From assembly GCA_946498245.1 (NCBI GenBank), contig CAMMNN010000002.1:56898-120897 (forward strand): a stretch of DNA of 64,000 bases, read 5' to 3'. Made by a program: the position numbers and the translations under genes. Below, one piece after another: positions 19,161 through 28,422 of this stretch (positions are counted from its first letter, which is position 1; the number at the start of each line of letters is the position of its first letter). Under the pieces are notes generated by a model. That model was not told where the DNA came from. It did not search any database and saw only the letters and a list, made by a program, of their open reading frames with translations. This stretch comes from an uncultured Clostridium sp. Lineage in GTDB: Bacteria; Bacillota; Clostridia; Lachnospirales; Lachnospiraceae.

Positions 19161-19922
19161 CTACCACCACTTAATGAGTTCCGTTACCCGCTCCCGCAGC
19201 TCTACAAACTCCGGCGCTGCAATGTCCCTGGGCCTTGGAAGGTGGTTCTGCAGGGTTTCTTTTACCGTCGTAGGCTTGTTGGTCAGCACCATAATGTGCT
19301 CCCCTAAGTATACCGCTTCTTCGATATTATGGGTAATAAAAATAACTGTGGTCCCCGTCATCTGCCACAGCTTAATCAGCTCGTCTTCCAGCTTAAAGCG
19401 CAGCTCTATATCCAATTGGCCGTAAGGCTCGTCCATTAAAAGGAGCTCCGGCTCCGTGGCAAAGGCACGGGCAATGGAAACCCGCTGAAGCATACTGGCG
19501 GAAAGCTGTTTGGGGTAGTATTTCCTGTATTTTGTAAGGCCCACGATTTCCAGGTATTTGTCCACCAGTTCTTTTTTCTGCTGCTGGGGAACGTGTTTAA
19601 TATCCAGGCCGAAGGCCACGTTCTGCTCCACCGTCAGCCAGGGCATCGTGGAATTTCCCTGGAAAATGTAGGCAATGTGATCCTTTTTAGGATTTACAGG
19701 GTGGGAATCCAGAAGGATTTCCCCTGACGTAACGTCGTAAATCTTTGTCAGACTGTTTAAAAATGTGGTTTTGCCGCAGCCCGTAGGGCCTACGACGCAG
19801 AGAAGGTCCCCTTTTTCCACGTCAAAAGAAATATCGTCTAACACCAGCAAATCCCCGAATTTTTTTGTCAGATGGTTTACCTGTACTTTAATCTGGCGCT
19901 CCTGCGCTGCTCTCTCTTCCAT
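19161..19922 (-). CDS. ABC transporter ATP-binding protein (NitT/TauT-type), copy 2
   Basis: Walker A GPTGCGKTT, signature LSASMLQR (degenerate), Walker B LLLMDEP. Confidence 0.9.
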   Translation of the reverse strand: MEERAAQERQIKVQVNHLTKKFGDLLVLDDISFDVEKGDLLCVVGPTGCGKTTFLNSLTKIYDVTSGEILLDSHPVNPKKDHIAYIFQGNSTMPWLTVEQNVAFGLDIKHVPQQQKKELVDKYLEIVGLTKYRKYYPKQLSASMLQRVSIARAFATEPELLLMDEPYGQLDIELRFKLEDELIKLWQMTGTTVIFITHNIEEAVYLGEHIMVLTNKPTTVKETLQNHLPRPRDIAAPEFVELRERVTELIKWW

Positions 19923-19941
19923 AATTTTCGCGCCTCCTTCC

Positions 19942-20709
19942 TTACTGGGTTTTGTCTACAATACTGGTAATTTCCTTACGCAGTGCCAAAAACTCAGGAG
20001 ACGTATATTTTCTGGGACGGGACAGATCGATTTTGTACTCCTTCTTCACCGTGGCCGGACAATTGGACAAAACCAGAATCCGATCCGCCAGATAAATGGC
20101 CTCTTCGATATTATTGGTAACAAAAATAATGGTTCTCTTTTCCGTCTGCCAGATCCGCTGCAGCTCTTCCTGCATGAGATAACGGGTCTGGGCGTCTAAA
20201 GCTCCGAAGGGCTCGTCCATCAGCATGACTTCCGGTTCAATGCAGTATGCCCTGGCAATGCCTACGCGCTGCTTCATTCCTCCGGAAAGCTGTATGGGGT
20301 AGGAATCCTCAAAGCCCTGAAGGCCCACCAGATCAATGTATTTCTGGGCCCGCCTGCGGCGCTCTTCTTTGGCAACTCCGGCCACCTTCAGGCCGTATTC
20401 CACATTTCCCATGGTAGTCAGCCAGGGAAACAGGGTAATATTCTGGAAAACTACGCCTCTGTCCGGCCCCGGCCCTTCCACTGCTTTCCCGTTTACGGAA
20501 ATGGTTCCTGTGGTGGGAGACTCAAAGCCGGCAATGAGATTGATTAATGTGGTCTTGCCGCACTGTCCCGGGCCAAAAAGGCAGATAAACTCATTCTCCT
20601 GAGATGTAAAATCAAATTGCTTAATTACCTGGTTTTCCCCTTCAGGCACTTTAAAGGTCTTGCTTACACCCCGGCATTCTATTAATTTTCGCTTCTGTTC
20701 CATCGACAT
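19942..20709 (-). CDS. ABC transporter ATP-binding protein (NitT/TauT-type), copy 1
   Basis: Walker A GPGQCGKTT, signature LSGGMKQR, Walker B VMLMDEP. Confidence 0.9.
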   Translation of the reverse strand: MSMEQKRKLIECRGVSKTFKVPEGENQVIKQFDFTSQENEFICLFGPGQCGKTTLINLIAGFESPTTGTISVNGKAVEGPGPDRGVVFQNITLFPWLTTMGNVEYGLKVAGVAKEERRRRAQKYIDLVGLQGFEDSYPIQLSGGMKQRVGIARAYCIEPEVMLMDEPFGALDAQTRYLMQEELQRIWQTEKRTIIFVTNNIEEAIYLADRILVLSNCPATVKKEYKIDLSRPRKYTSPEFLALRKEITSIVDKTQ

Positions 20710-21464
20710 AACCTTGCCTCAACCTTTCTGAATATCGTAGAAAGCATCATACCAACCAGGCCGATGGCTAAGATGCCTGTCATAATCTGATTCATGTCGT
20801 TGTTGTTCATTCCGGCGATAATGATCCAGCCCAGCCCCTCGGAGGAGCGTACCATCTCCGCTGCCAGCACTGTGGCCCAACAACTGGAAAGGGCCACCTG
20901 AAGCCCTGCAAAAATAGGGGGTATGGTAGCCGGGAGCACAATGGAAAATAAGATTCTGCTTTTTTTCGCTCCCAGCATTCGGGCGGCGTTAATGTACTCC
21001 GGATTTACGTTTTTGGCTCCGCTCCAGGCATTTAGCGTCACGTAGCAGAAGGAGGCCAAAAAAATCAGGAAAATTTTTGCGTCTTCCCCAAGGCCAATCC
21101 AGATAATGGAAATGGGAATCCAGGCAATGGGGGGAATGGGGCGGATAATGCGAAAAAGAGGGGCGAAAATCGCTTCAATCAGGCGGCTCCACCCCATGCT
21201 GAGGCCTAAAATCACGCCTACTGCCGCCCCGATAAAGTAACCGGCCATAACTCTGGCCAGACTGTAGGCCACGTGTACGATTAATGTACTGGATCCAATC
21301 TTTCCGCCGAAAAGGGTTTCCAAAAACATCTGGATAACCGGAATGGGCCCCGGCATCAGCTTTCCAAGCTCTCCCTGGACTCCCATATGCCACAGGCCGA
21401 AAAAGGCTGCCAGGGAAACCACGGCACATATTAATTCCATGCTGTTAAAACGTTTTTTCTTCAT
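20682..21464 (-). CDS. ABC transporter permease (BPD_transp_1 type), copy 2
   Basis: 260-aa polytopic ORF with an EAA-like loop (INAARMLGAKKSRILFSIVLP). ATGA overlap with the upstream permease. Confidence 0.88.
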   Translation of the reverse strand: MKKKRFNSMELICAVVSLAAFFGLWHMGVQGELGKLMPGPIPVIQMFLETLFGGKIGSSTLIVHVAYSLARVMAGYFIGAAVGVILGLSMGWSRLIEAIFAPLFRIIRPIPPIAWIPISIIWIGLGEDAKIFLIFLASFCYVTLNAWSGAKNVNPEYINAARMLGAKKSRILFSIVLPATIPPIFAGLQVALSSCWATVLAAEMVRSSEGLGWIIIAGMNNNDMNQIMTGILAIGLVGMMLSTIFRKVEARLCRWNRSEN

Positions 21465-22249
21465 TGGGCATTCATCCCCTTTGCAACCATAATCTCGATT
21501 TTATGCAGAACCGTATCCAAAATCAGGCCCACTACGCCGATTACCAGCATTCCCACGATAACCAGATCCGGGCGGGAAATGTAACGGGCCTGCTGTATCA
21601 TGTAACCCAGGCCTTTGCTGGCCGCCAGCATTTCCGCCGCCACCAGCGCCATCCAGCTTCCTCCCAGAGCCGTCCTGAGGCCCGTAAAAATCATGGGAGT
21701 GGCTGTGGGAATGGCGATTTTTATCAGCTTCTGCCATTCTGTTGCGCCAAATACGTCGCCTACCCACAGATGCAGATCATCAGTCTGGCGGATCCCTGTG
21801 TAGGTATTGACAATGCAGGCCACAAAGGAATTGACGAAAATTACCATGGCTTTCGCCTCAATGCCGATACCGAAAATCAAAATAAACATAGGAGTCCAGG
21901 CCAGTCCGGGGACGGGACGGATTAAGTCAAATACCGGCCGCACCAGCCAGTCGCACCATTTATTCCAGGCCATGGCGATTCCCAGAGGAATCCCCAGGAC
22001 AGCGCCGATACTGTATCCTAAGAGGCAGACTTTCAGACTTTCCATAAGATGCTGTCCCAAAGTAGCCCCGTCAGGCTTCGTTTCCGTCAGCTTTGCAATA
22101 AAGGTCTTCACCGTCTTTTCCAGGCCCGGAAAGACCGAGCTTTTCGTAATCTCCATAACGTCAACCAGCAGATACCATATGAGAAGCACTGCCAGTACCG
22201 ACCCGCAGGAAACCATGAAATATTTGTATTTTTTTAATATTTTTCCCAT
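21461..22249 (-). CDS. ABC transporter permease (BPD_transp_1 type), copy 1
   Basis: Polytopic ORF. Start set at ATG 22249 (MGKILKKYKYF...). An alternative ATG at 22327 overlaps the SBP stop (TAATG) and would add a 26-aa Gly/Pro-rich extension. Confidence 0.85.
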   Translation of the reverse strand: MGKILKKYKYFMVSCGSVLAVLLIWYLLVDVMEITKSSVFPGLEKTVKTFIAKLTETKPDGATLGQHLMESLKVCLLGYSIGAVLGIPLGIAMAWNKWCDWLVRPVFDLIRPVPGLAWTPMFILIFGIGIEAKAMVIFVNSFVACIVNTYTGIRQTDDLHLWVGDVFGATEWQKLIKIAIPTATPMIFTGLRTALGGSWMALVAAEMLAASKGLGYMIQQARYISRPDLVIVGMLVIGVVGLILDTVLHKIEIMVAKGMNAQ

Positions 22250-22326
22250 AACACCAACACTTTCTGCAAATTTACCCAGCCGCTTTTTGGAGGGAGGCCC
22301 CGGCAAAGCGCCGGGACCTCTCCCCA

Positions 22327-23475
22327 TTATTCTGCCTTGCCTGCGCGGTATTCCAGCAGACGGTCAATAAAGCTGTGATTTAAAGCGGCTTCAATCTGAG
22401 GCATAGAACCCTCTTCAATGAGGCCTTCTCCCATTAAAAAGTCACCCATAACCTTCATGGTATTGCCGAAGGGGTATTCCGGATTTTCAAGCTGTTCCCA
22501 GGTCCAGAAGGTTACATTGGCAATTTCCGACGCCATATCTTCGTCAGAGTAGGTGGTTCCGCCCTCTTCTTTGTAAAGGTTCATAGCATACTCCGCTCTG
22601 GCCTCATCATCATTGGCCAGACGATCCATGGCCTCATATACGCAGTCCAGAATGGCCACTACATCATCAGGATACTGATCCGCCAGTTCTTTGGTGACGA
22701 TAAAGGAGTCTACCAAAGGCCCTCCGGCCAGATCCGTATAGTCCGCTACCAGAGTGTAGTTGGGATCGCTTGCCAGAATGTTGGAATAGGGCGGGGTGGT
22801 AGCTAGCAAATCGCCTTCGCCTGTAATATAGGCCTCATAAGCCTGAGGGTGATCCATAGCTACAAATTCAATGTCGCTGGAGGTTAGCCCCATAGCCTCA
22901 GCGTAAGCATAGGCGATAAACTGCTGGGGACCGGCTCCAAGGCCCAGCACCTGGGCTCCCTGAACCGTTTCCGTATTTCCGTAATAGGGAGTGCCGTCTA
23001 ACTGTCCTGCCTGGACAATAGCGCTGTCTGTCCTGCCGTACATGGCCTGTCCGCCAAAGTTAATGGTAGCGTCGCCTACGTAGTAAAAATTTTCTGTAGG
23101 AAGAACGTATACCGCCGCCATGCCGTTGGCCGCCGCGTCAATTTCGCCGGCATTTAAGGCCTCGTTTAAGGCCGGGCCGTTAGCCAGGGTTACGATCTCA
23201 ACGTCCAGGCCCGCTTCTTCAAAAAGGCCCAAGTCCCTGGCGTAATAGAGATACAGGCTGGTCTGGCGAACCTGCCCGCCGATTTTCCAATGCCTTCCGG
23301 ATAACTGGAGTTCTGTTGCCCCAGCTTCCGTTTCTGCAGCGCTTTCGCCTTCTGCCGCTGCCTCGGCAGCCGTAGTAACCGCCGCCGCAGTAGTTTCCTC
23401 TGCTTTCTGTCCGCAGCCTGCTAATAACCCCATTGCCAGTGCAGAAACGAAAAACATGCCAAATCTTTTATTCAT
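22327..23475 (-). CDS. ABC substrate-binding lipoprotein, NMT1/THI5 (SsuA/TauA-like) family
   Basis: Signal peptide with lipobox LLAGC, then an Ala/Thr/Glu-rich linker, then a periplasmic-binding fold typical of NitT/TauT systems. Confidence 0.8.
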   Translation of the reverse strand: MNKRFGMFFVSALAMGLLAGCGQKAEETTAAAVTTAAEAAAEGESAAETEAGATELQLSGRHWKIGGQVRQTSLYLYYARDLGLFEEAGLDVEIVTLANGPALNEALNAGEIDAAANGMAAVYVLPTENFYYVGDATINFGGQAMYGRTDSAIVQAGQLDGTPYYGNTETVQGAQVLGLGAGPQQFIAYAYAEAMGLTSSDIEFVAMDHPQAYEAYITGEGDLLATTPPYSNILASDPNYTLVADYTDLAGGPLVDSFIVTKELADQYPDDVVAILDCVYEAMDRLANDDEARAEYAMNLYKEEGGTTYSDEDMASEIANVTFWTWEQLENPEYPFGNTMKVMGDFLMGEGLIEEGSMPQIEAALNHSFIDRLLEYRAGKAE

Positions 23476-24736
23476 AATGCTCCTCCTTTATTTCTCTTGC
23501 CCTCTCCATGATCTCAAAACACACGCGGGAGTTGTGGTACGGGCATTTCCCTTTTCCCGCCTTTTCTTCATTGGTGAAAATTTCTTTTAATTCCATAACG
23601 TCTTTTTCATAGTCTCTGTCCTGGGGATCGCCTTTTCCTACGGAATACCAGTCCCCTGTCGTTTCATTGACCATGCGTTTTTCAATATAGTCCCAGACTG
23701 ACACTGCCAGATCCAGATACTTTTTCTCTCCGGTAATCTGGTAGCAGTTAAAAAAGGCCGTAACTCCTTCCGCCTGAACCCACCAGATTTTCGCCCGGTT
23801 TCTTCGTCCGCTGTTCATGTCGCCTACGTAGCAAAGACCGCCATCGGTGTTGTCAAAGCCTTCTGCAGCCATGTGATCCGCCAGAGTTTTGGCAGTAAGG
23901 AATGCCTTTTGGATCAGCCCTTCCTCTCCAAGACGGAGGGCAGCCCTGGTCATTAAATAAGAACATTCCCCATCATGGCCGTAATTCAGTTCTCCGTCCA
24001 GCCGCCTTCCGTCCAGGCCCATGGCAGCCTTTAAATGGCCCCAGGCCGGATCCATGGTCACATTCAAAAGAAATTCCAGTTCTTCTTTGAGGCTTTCTCT
24101 CACTGCACTGTCCCCGGAAACTTCCTCCAGAGCCAGGATTCCTTCAAAAAAGTGCATATTGGAGTTTAACAGCTTGGGAGCCCCTGTCCGGTTCTTTACC
24201 CAGACGTTTACCCAGTCGTCCTTTTGCCAGTCTCTGGCCACCGAATCCCGGTAACCGCCGTTTTCCCATTTCATATGAGCATTTACCAGGCAAAAGGTTT
24301 CCATGGCCATGGCAAGGGCCTCCTCGTCTCCAAAGACCCGGTAGTATTCCGCCATGGCGTAAATCAGGAAGGCCTGTCCGTAGAGCCGTTTTTCCGGTTC
24401 CGACGGCTCCCCTTTGCAGGTAACCATCCAGTAAACGCCTCCGTAAATCCTGTCCCAGAAATACGTTCTGATATAGGAAAATGCCCGGACAGCCAGCTTC
24501 TTGTCTTTCTCCTCAGCAAAAACGTCGTAAGCCCGGGTAAAGGTCCACAGCAGACGGCAGTTTAATACCACGGATTTGGGGCTTTCCGGATCCGGCGTCA
24601 AATCCTCTCTTACCTTTCCGTAAAACCCGCCGTTTTCCTCATCTGTCAGGTAATTTCTCCAAAACGGGAGAATACATTCCCTAAGGTTTCGCTCCGCCCG
24701 CTCTCTCAGATTCCTTACCCTTTCCTTTGCCTCCAT
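23468..24736 (-). CDS. AGE family epimerase/isomerase (N-acylglucosamine 2-epimerase / sugar isomerase superfamily)
   Basis: 422-aa ORF with an alpha/alpha-barrel repeat pattern of Trp/aromatic-rich helices (GGFYG ... GGVYW ... GGYRD ... WWVQAE), typical of AGE/YihS-type enzymes. Confidence 0.8.
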   Translation of the reverse strand: MEAKERVRNLRERAERNLRECILPFWRNYLTDEENGGFYGKVREDLTPDPESPKSVVLNCRLLWTFTRAYDVFAEEKDKKLAVRAFSYIRTYFWDRIYGGVYWMVTCKGEPSEPEKRLYGQAFLIYAMAEYYRVFGDEEALAMAMETFCLVNAHMKWENGGYRDSVARDWQKDDWVNVWVKNRTGAPKLLNSNMHFFEGILALEEVSGDSAVRESLKEELEFLLNVTMDPAWGHLKAAMGLDGRRLDGELNYGHDGECSYLMTRAALRLGEEGLIQKAFLTAKTLADHMAAEGFDNTDGGLCYVGDMNSGRRNRAKIWWVQAEGVTAFFNCYQITGEKKYLDLAVSVWDYIEKRMVNETTGDWYSVGKGDPQDRDYEKDVMELKEIFTNEEKAGKGKCPYHNSRVCFEIMERAREIKEEHYE

Positions 24737-24737
24737 C

Positions 24738-25139
24738 TCAGCTCTCCTTTGACAGAACCGCCTTTAAATCTACCGGCAGATAGTCTGTATTGTCCGGCGA
24801 AACGTCGGCGTTTTCTATAATGGCTGCTTTGGCCCCCGGCCCTGTAACATGGGTATGCCAGACGCCTTTTTTTACGTTATAAAGCTTGCCTTTTTCCAGG
24901 GGGATCGCCTTTAGGGTTCCCAGTTCGTTTCCCTTTCCATCGGATACGTATAAAGTGAAGGATCCTTCCAGCAAAAGGAAAACCTCGTCAGAAGTATTGT
25001 GCCGCTGCATTTCCTGAATGTTTTCCATGTGGAATTTGGGAGTATCATTCAGGAACGCCACTCTCCAGCCCTCAAAATACACCAGGGGATGGTACCCTTC
25101 TTCCTGGCAGGCCTTTATTTCCAGCAATTCAAAATCCAC
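24738..25139 (-). CDS. Small cupin-fold protein, first gene of the operon
   Basis: 133-aa ORF with a beta-rich pattern (EVFLLLEGSFTLYV ... GVWHTHV). Its stop lies 1 nt from the AGE start. Confidence 0.6.
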   Translation of the reverse strand: MDFELLEIKACQEEGYHPLVYFEGWRVAFLNDTPKFHMENIQEMQRHNTSDEVFLLLEGSFTLYVSDGKGNELGTLKAIPLEKGKLYNVKKGVWHTHVTGPGAKAAIIENADVSPDNTDYLPVDLKAVLSKES

Positions 25140-25312
25140 ATTCTCACTCCTTTCAGCAGCCAGTTTGTAATTGGTTTCAAAAAAGAATCAAAAGAGCCGC
25201 CTCTTTGTTCCAGCCATTTTTCTTTCCAGTTTTCGAGAAAATTGAACAAATAATCATATAAAAAACAGCTCTTTTCTATAAAATACAACAATTCCAGACA
25301 CGAGTAAACAAT

Positions 25313-25330
25313 AAATGCAAATTATTGCAA
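25313..25330 (-). promoter_or_regulatory. Palindromic operator candidate (TTGCAATAATTTGCATTT read on the minus strand), site 1
   Basis: The 18-mer is identical to 28286-28303. It contains the inverted repeat TGCAA-N4-TTGCA and lies about 175-190 nt upstream of the cupin/AGE operon start. Confidence 0.6.
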
Positions 25331-25420
25331 TCGTTTTTAATTGTCTGAATCATTTTTGGCAAATTTTTCGAATTTTGCGGAGCGTTTTTTGTTTTATAGA
25401 AACACAATGTCTTATGAAAC

Positions 25421-25454
25421 AAAAAACTGCCAGTAGTTTCTCGTCTACTGGCAG
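25421..25454 (-). terminator. Rho-independent terminator of the MFS gene
   Basis: Perfect 10-bp stem CTGCCAGTAG / CTACTGGCAG (25427-25436 / 25445-25454), followed on the minus strand by TTTTTT. It starts 7 nt after the stop codon. Confidence 0.85.
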
Positions 25455-25460
25455 AAAAAT

Positions 25461-26699
25461 TTATTTTTTCAATTGTCTGCTTAACGTGGAGCAGTTTGCC
25501 ATACCCCAGCGGATTAAAACCCCTGTAGTAAGGCCGGTCATACAAAGTCCGGAAATGAAAAACCAGACATTTACCCCTACCTGTTCTGCTATGGGGCTGC
25601 TAAAAAGCAGGCCCACAGGCATTGTGACAGAAGAAATCAGGGTTAATACCGAAAAAGCCCGTCCCATTTTTTCAGGCGCAACGGTTTCCTGTATATATGC
25701 GGTCAGGGGAATTGTATGGACATTTCCCGCCGCTCCCAGGCAAATACAGGCGGCTGCAAAGACAAACCATCCTCCATAGACCGGAGGTATCATGCCGCAA
25801 ATTACAGAGGCAATACTGATTCCAAACAATCCTATAAAGGAGGCCCTGATTTTTCTCCGGACTTTTAAAATGCTGGAAAACAGAAGGGAAGCTGCCATCA
25901 TACCCATTGCAAAGGACAGCTCCACTGCACTTCCGTACATTGCCGATAAATTAAAATAGTCGCTTGTCATCAGAGGATAAAAGGAAGACAGAGGAGCGTA
26001 AAAAAACATACAGAGCGCCTCTGCCGTTACGATATACAGAAGCTTCCTGTCCTCTCTGAATACCTGTATGCCTTCCTGAATCTCTTTCCCAAAGCCGCCT
26101 TTTTCCTTTTCCTCTTTTATCAGCTCAGGAATTTTAACAGCCGCCAAAGCTGCGCTTGCCAATATAGCCCCTGCAACGTCGCTCATTAAAACCACCGACA
26201 TAGGGAAAACTGCATACAAAGACGCCCCGATAACCGGGCCCAGCAAAAAGGAACCGGAATTTAATAACTGCATCCAGCCGTTGGTTTTTATTAATTGATC
26301 TTTCGGCACAAGCTGAGGAATAATGGATTGTATAGCCGGCTGCTGAAATGTACTGCCGATACCTCGGACGCAGAGCATGACAAAAACCGTCCATACAGGC
26401 AAATCAAAGAAGAACAGCAGTACTGCGTATATCAGAGCAACGATTCCCATTGCCATATCTGAGACGATTGAAATAACCTTTCGGTTATAGCGATCCGCTG
26501 CAATTCCCGCTATAGGGCTGAATAAAGACATGGGGAGATAAGCGACGATTCCGGATATTCCAAGCATCAGGGGAGATGAGGTCCTTTCAGCAAGCCACCA
26601 TATTAAAGCAAACTGAACTCCGTGGCTTCCCAGCATAGAAACTGCCTGTCCGAAAGCCACTATCATAAACTGCGATTTCCATTTTCGTGTTGTTTCCAT
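25461..26699 (-). CDS. MFS transporter (probable drug/metabolite efflux)
   Basis: About 12 hydrophobic helices. Start at ATG 26699 after GAGAGGAC. Downstream of MarR. Confidence 0.88.
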   Translation of the reverse strand: METTRKWKSQFMIVAFGQAVSMLGSHGVQFALIWWLAERTSSPLMLGISGIVAYLPMSLFSPIAGIAADRYNRKVISIVSDMAMGIVALIYAVLLFFFDLPVWTVFVMLCVRGIGSTFQQPAIQSIIPQLVPKDQLIKTNGWMQLLNSGSFLLGPVIGASLYAVFPMSVVLMSDVAGAILASAALAAVKIPELIKEEKEKGGFGKEIQEGIQVFREDRKLLYIVTAEALCMFFYAPLSSFYPLMTSDYFNLSAMYGSAVELSFAMGMMAASLLFSSILKVRRKIRASFIGLFGISIASVICGMIPPVYGGWFVFAAACICLGAAGNVHTIPLTAYIQETVAPEKMGRAFSVLTLISSVTMPVGLLFSSPIAEQVGVNVWFFISGLCMTGLTTGVLIRWGMANCSTLSRQLKK

Positions 26700-26810
26700 A
26701 TCAAATTGTCCTCTCACTTTTAAGATATTTTTCTTTCCATCAGGGGACAATATCTTTGATAAGCCCCTTTATTATGCTGCTGCCGACATCAAGCCGCCTC
26801 CCTTCTGCTA

Positions 26811-27239
26811 TCATATGGTTTTTAAATATTTTTTCAGTCCGTCACGGTATTTCTGTGTAAGAGCCAAATACTGCCGCCGTTCCTCAGGCGTCCATTCATT
26901 CCAGATTTTATTTTCCATTTCGAATAAAGGAACAATTTTTTCCAGGGCAAATTTCTGCCCTTTCTCTGTAAGGCAAAGAATCGTATTTCTGCCTTTTCCC
27001 TGTTCCAGATATACGATTCCGTCTTTTTCTAATCTGCGGATTGCCGAATTAATGGTTTGGCGGCTGATACCTGTCAGTTTGCTCACTTCGCTTTGCAGAC
27101 ACCGGCCCCCATTTTCACAGATAACGTATAAAATATTTTGGACGCTGTCAGAAATCCCCGTTTTTACAGCGGCCTCGTGATAAAGAGCATTGATCTCCCC
27201 GGCTAAATGAGTGTATTGCCCTGCTTCCAGATAGTGCAT
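26811..27239 (-). CDS. MarR family transcriptional regulator
   Basis: Winged-helix segment LQSEVSKLTGISRQTINSAIRRLEKDGIV. Start at ATG 27239 after AAGGAGAG. Confidence 0.88.
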   Translation of the reverse strand: MHYLEAGQYTHLAGEINALYHEAAVKTGISDSVQNILYVICENGGRCLQSEVSKLTGISRQTINSAIRRLEKDGIVYLEQGKGRNTILCLTEKGQKFALEKIVPLFEMENKIWNEWTPEERRQYLALTQKYRDGLKKYLKTI

Positions 27240-27312
27240 ATTCTCTCCTTGTCCGATTTCATACATATGCTATTATATCCGATTTCGTACATATGTCAAC
27301 AGTTTTTTGTAA

Positions 27313-28185
27313 CTATTTTAGGCGGCTGGCCAACACCGCCTTTTTGCATTCTTCTATCTTTTCCAACTGCACAGGCCGCCTTAGAAGCTCCGCCTGAAGG
27401 GCTCCGATAATAGCCAGCTCACACATGCTTGCTATATGAAGGTACTGCAGATCGTCGGGTATGTCATAGCTGTAAATCAGGCTGATGTCCGCAAGCTTTA
27501 CCATAGTGGAATTGGGGTTTGCCGTAATGACAATAACAGTAGCATGGTTGTGCTTTGCCACATTCAGGGCGTCAATGACAGACTTAATCTCCCCGCTGTA
27601 GCCGATTCCTATGGCAACGTCCCCTTTGGTCAGGGTACTGGCCGCCAGGTTCATATCCAGATTGCCTTTTACAGTCTGGCTGAGAATATTAATCCGCAGA
27701 AGAAGCTGCTGGGCGTACATAGCGGAGATATAACCGCTGCTTTGCCCGAAAAATATGAGATTTTTAGCCCCTAAAACTGCGTCCGCCGCCTTTACCACGC
27801 TTTTGGCGTCCAGGGTACGCAGGGTGTCCGATACGGCGTTTTGGGAGCTGCTCATTAGCTTTTGGAGCACCATCTGAATGGTATCGCTTTTTTGGATAGG
27901 CGTTTCCGCCGCTGCCGGGGAAACAAGGTTCTTTTCAATATAGACCTTTAGCTCACTAAATCCCTTATAAGACAATGCCTGACAAAAACGGGTGATCGTA
28001 GAAGGCACGGTTCCCGTTTTCTGAGCCATGGTGGTTATGGAATAATGGGTGACGGCCTCTCTGTGATTTAAAATATAATTTGCTATCCGCTTCTGGGCTT
28101 TGGACAGAGAGGCGTACTGCATTTTAATGCGGCCGACATATTCAATATCTTCTGAAAATTCATCGCTTCTTCTGATTTCTTCCAT
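27313..28185 (-). CDS. MurR/RpiR family transcriptional regulator (HTH_6 + SIS domain)
   Basis: N-terminal LSKAQKRIANYILNH ... ITTMAQKTGTVPSTITRFCQALSYKGF, and a C-terminal SIS phosphosugar-binding pattern (IFFGQSSG ... IGIGYSGE). Confidence 0.9.
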   Translation of the reverse strand: MEEIRRSDEFSEDIEYVGRIKMQYASLSKAQKRIANYILNHREAVTHYSITTMAQKTGTVPSTITRFCQALSYKGFSELKVYIEKNLVSPAAAETPIQKSDTIQMVLQKLMSSSQNAVSDTLRTLDAKSVVKAADAVLGAKNLIFFGQSSGYISAMYAQQLLLRINILSQTVKGNLDMNLAASTLTKGDVAIGIGYSGEIKSVIDALNVAKHNHATVIVITANPNSTMVKLADISLIYSYDIPDDLQYLHIASMCELAIIGALQAELLRRPVQLEKIEECKKAVLASRLK

Positions 28186-28285
28186 GATCTTCTCATCTCC
28201 TTTTCACCATTATACCAGAGGAACCTCTGATTTCAATTATTAATTCGAATTTTTTGCCAAATTCTTTGCATTTTTAAGGAATTTC

Positions 28286-28303
28286 TTGCAATAATTTGCA
28301 TTT
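28286..28303 (+). promoter_or_regulatory. Palindromic operator candidate TTGCAATAATTTGCATTT, site 2
   Basis: Lies in the rpiR / ManD-like divergent intergenic region and is an exact reverse-complement copy of 25313-25330. An extra TTGCA half-site at 28266-28270 sits 20 bp upstream. Confidence 0.6.
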
Positions 28304-28422
28304 TCTCTTTACGGAAAGTCTTTTTTCCTGTATGGTGGAGTTAGAGAAAAACCAGCCATTTTTCTTTCATAGGCCGAAAATAGCGTCAGGAAACCTGACG
28401 CTGCCATTAAAGGATTGGAACT

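Noticed and set aside
25140-25420. Possible TPP or other riboswitch ahead of the operon encoding a THI5/NMT1-like binding protein
   Set aside because: I found no CTGAGA / ACCTGA-type TPP core or other recognisable riboswitch signature. The region instead carries the palindromic operator and AT-rich promoter-like sequence.
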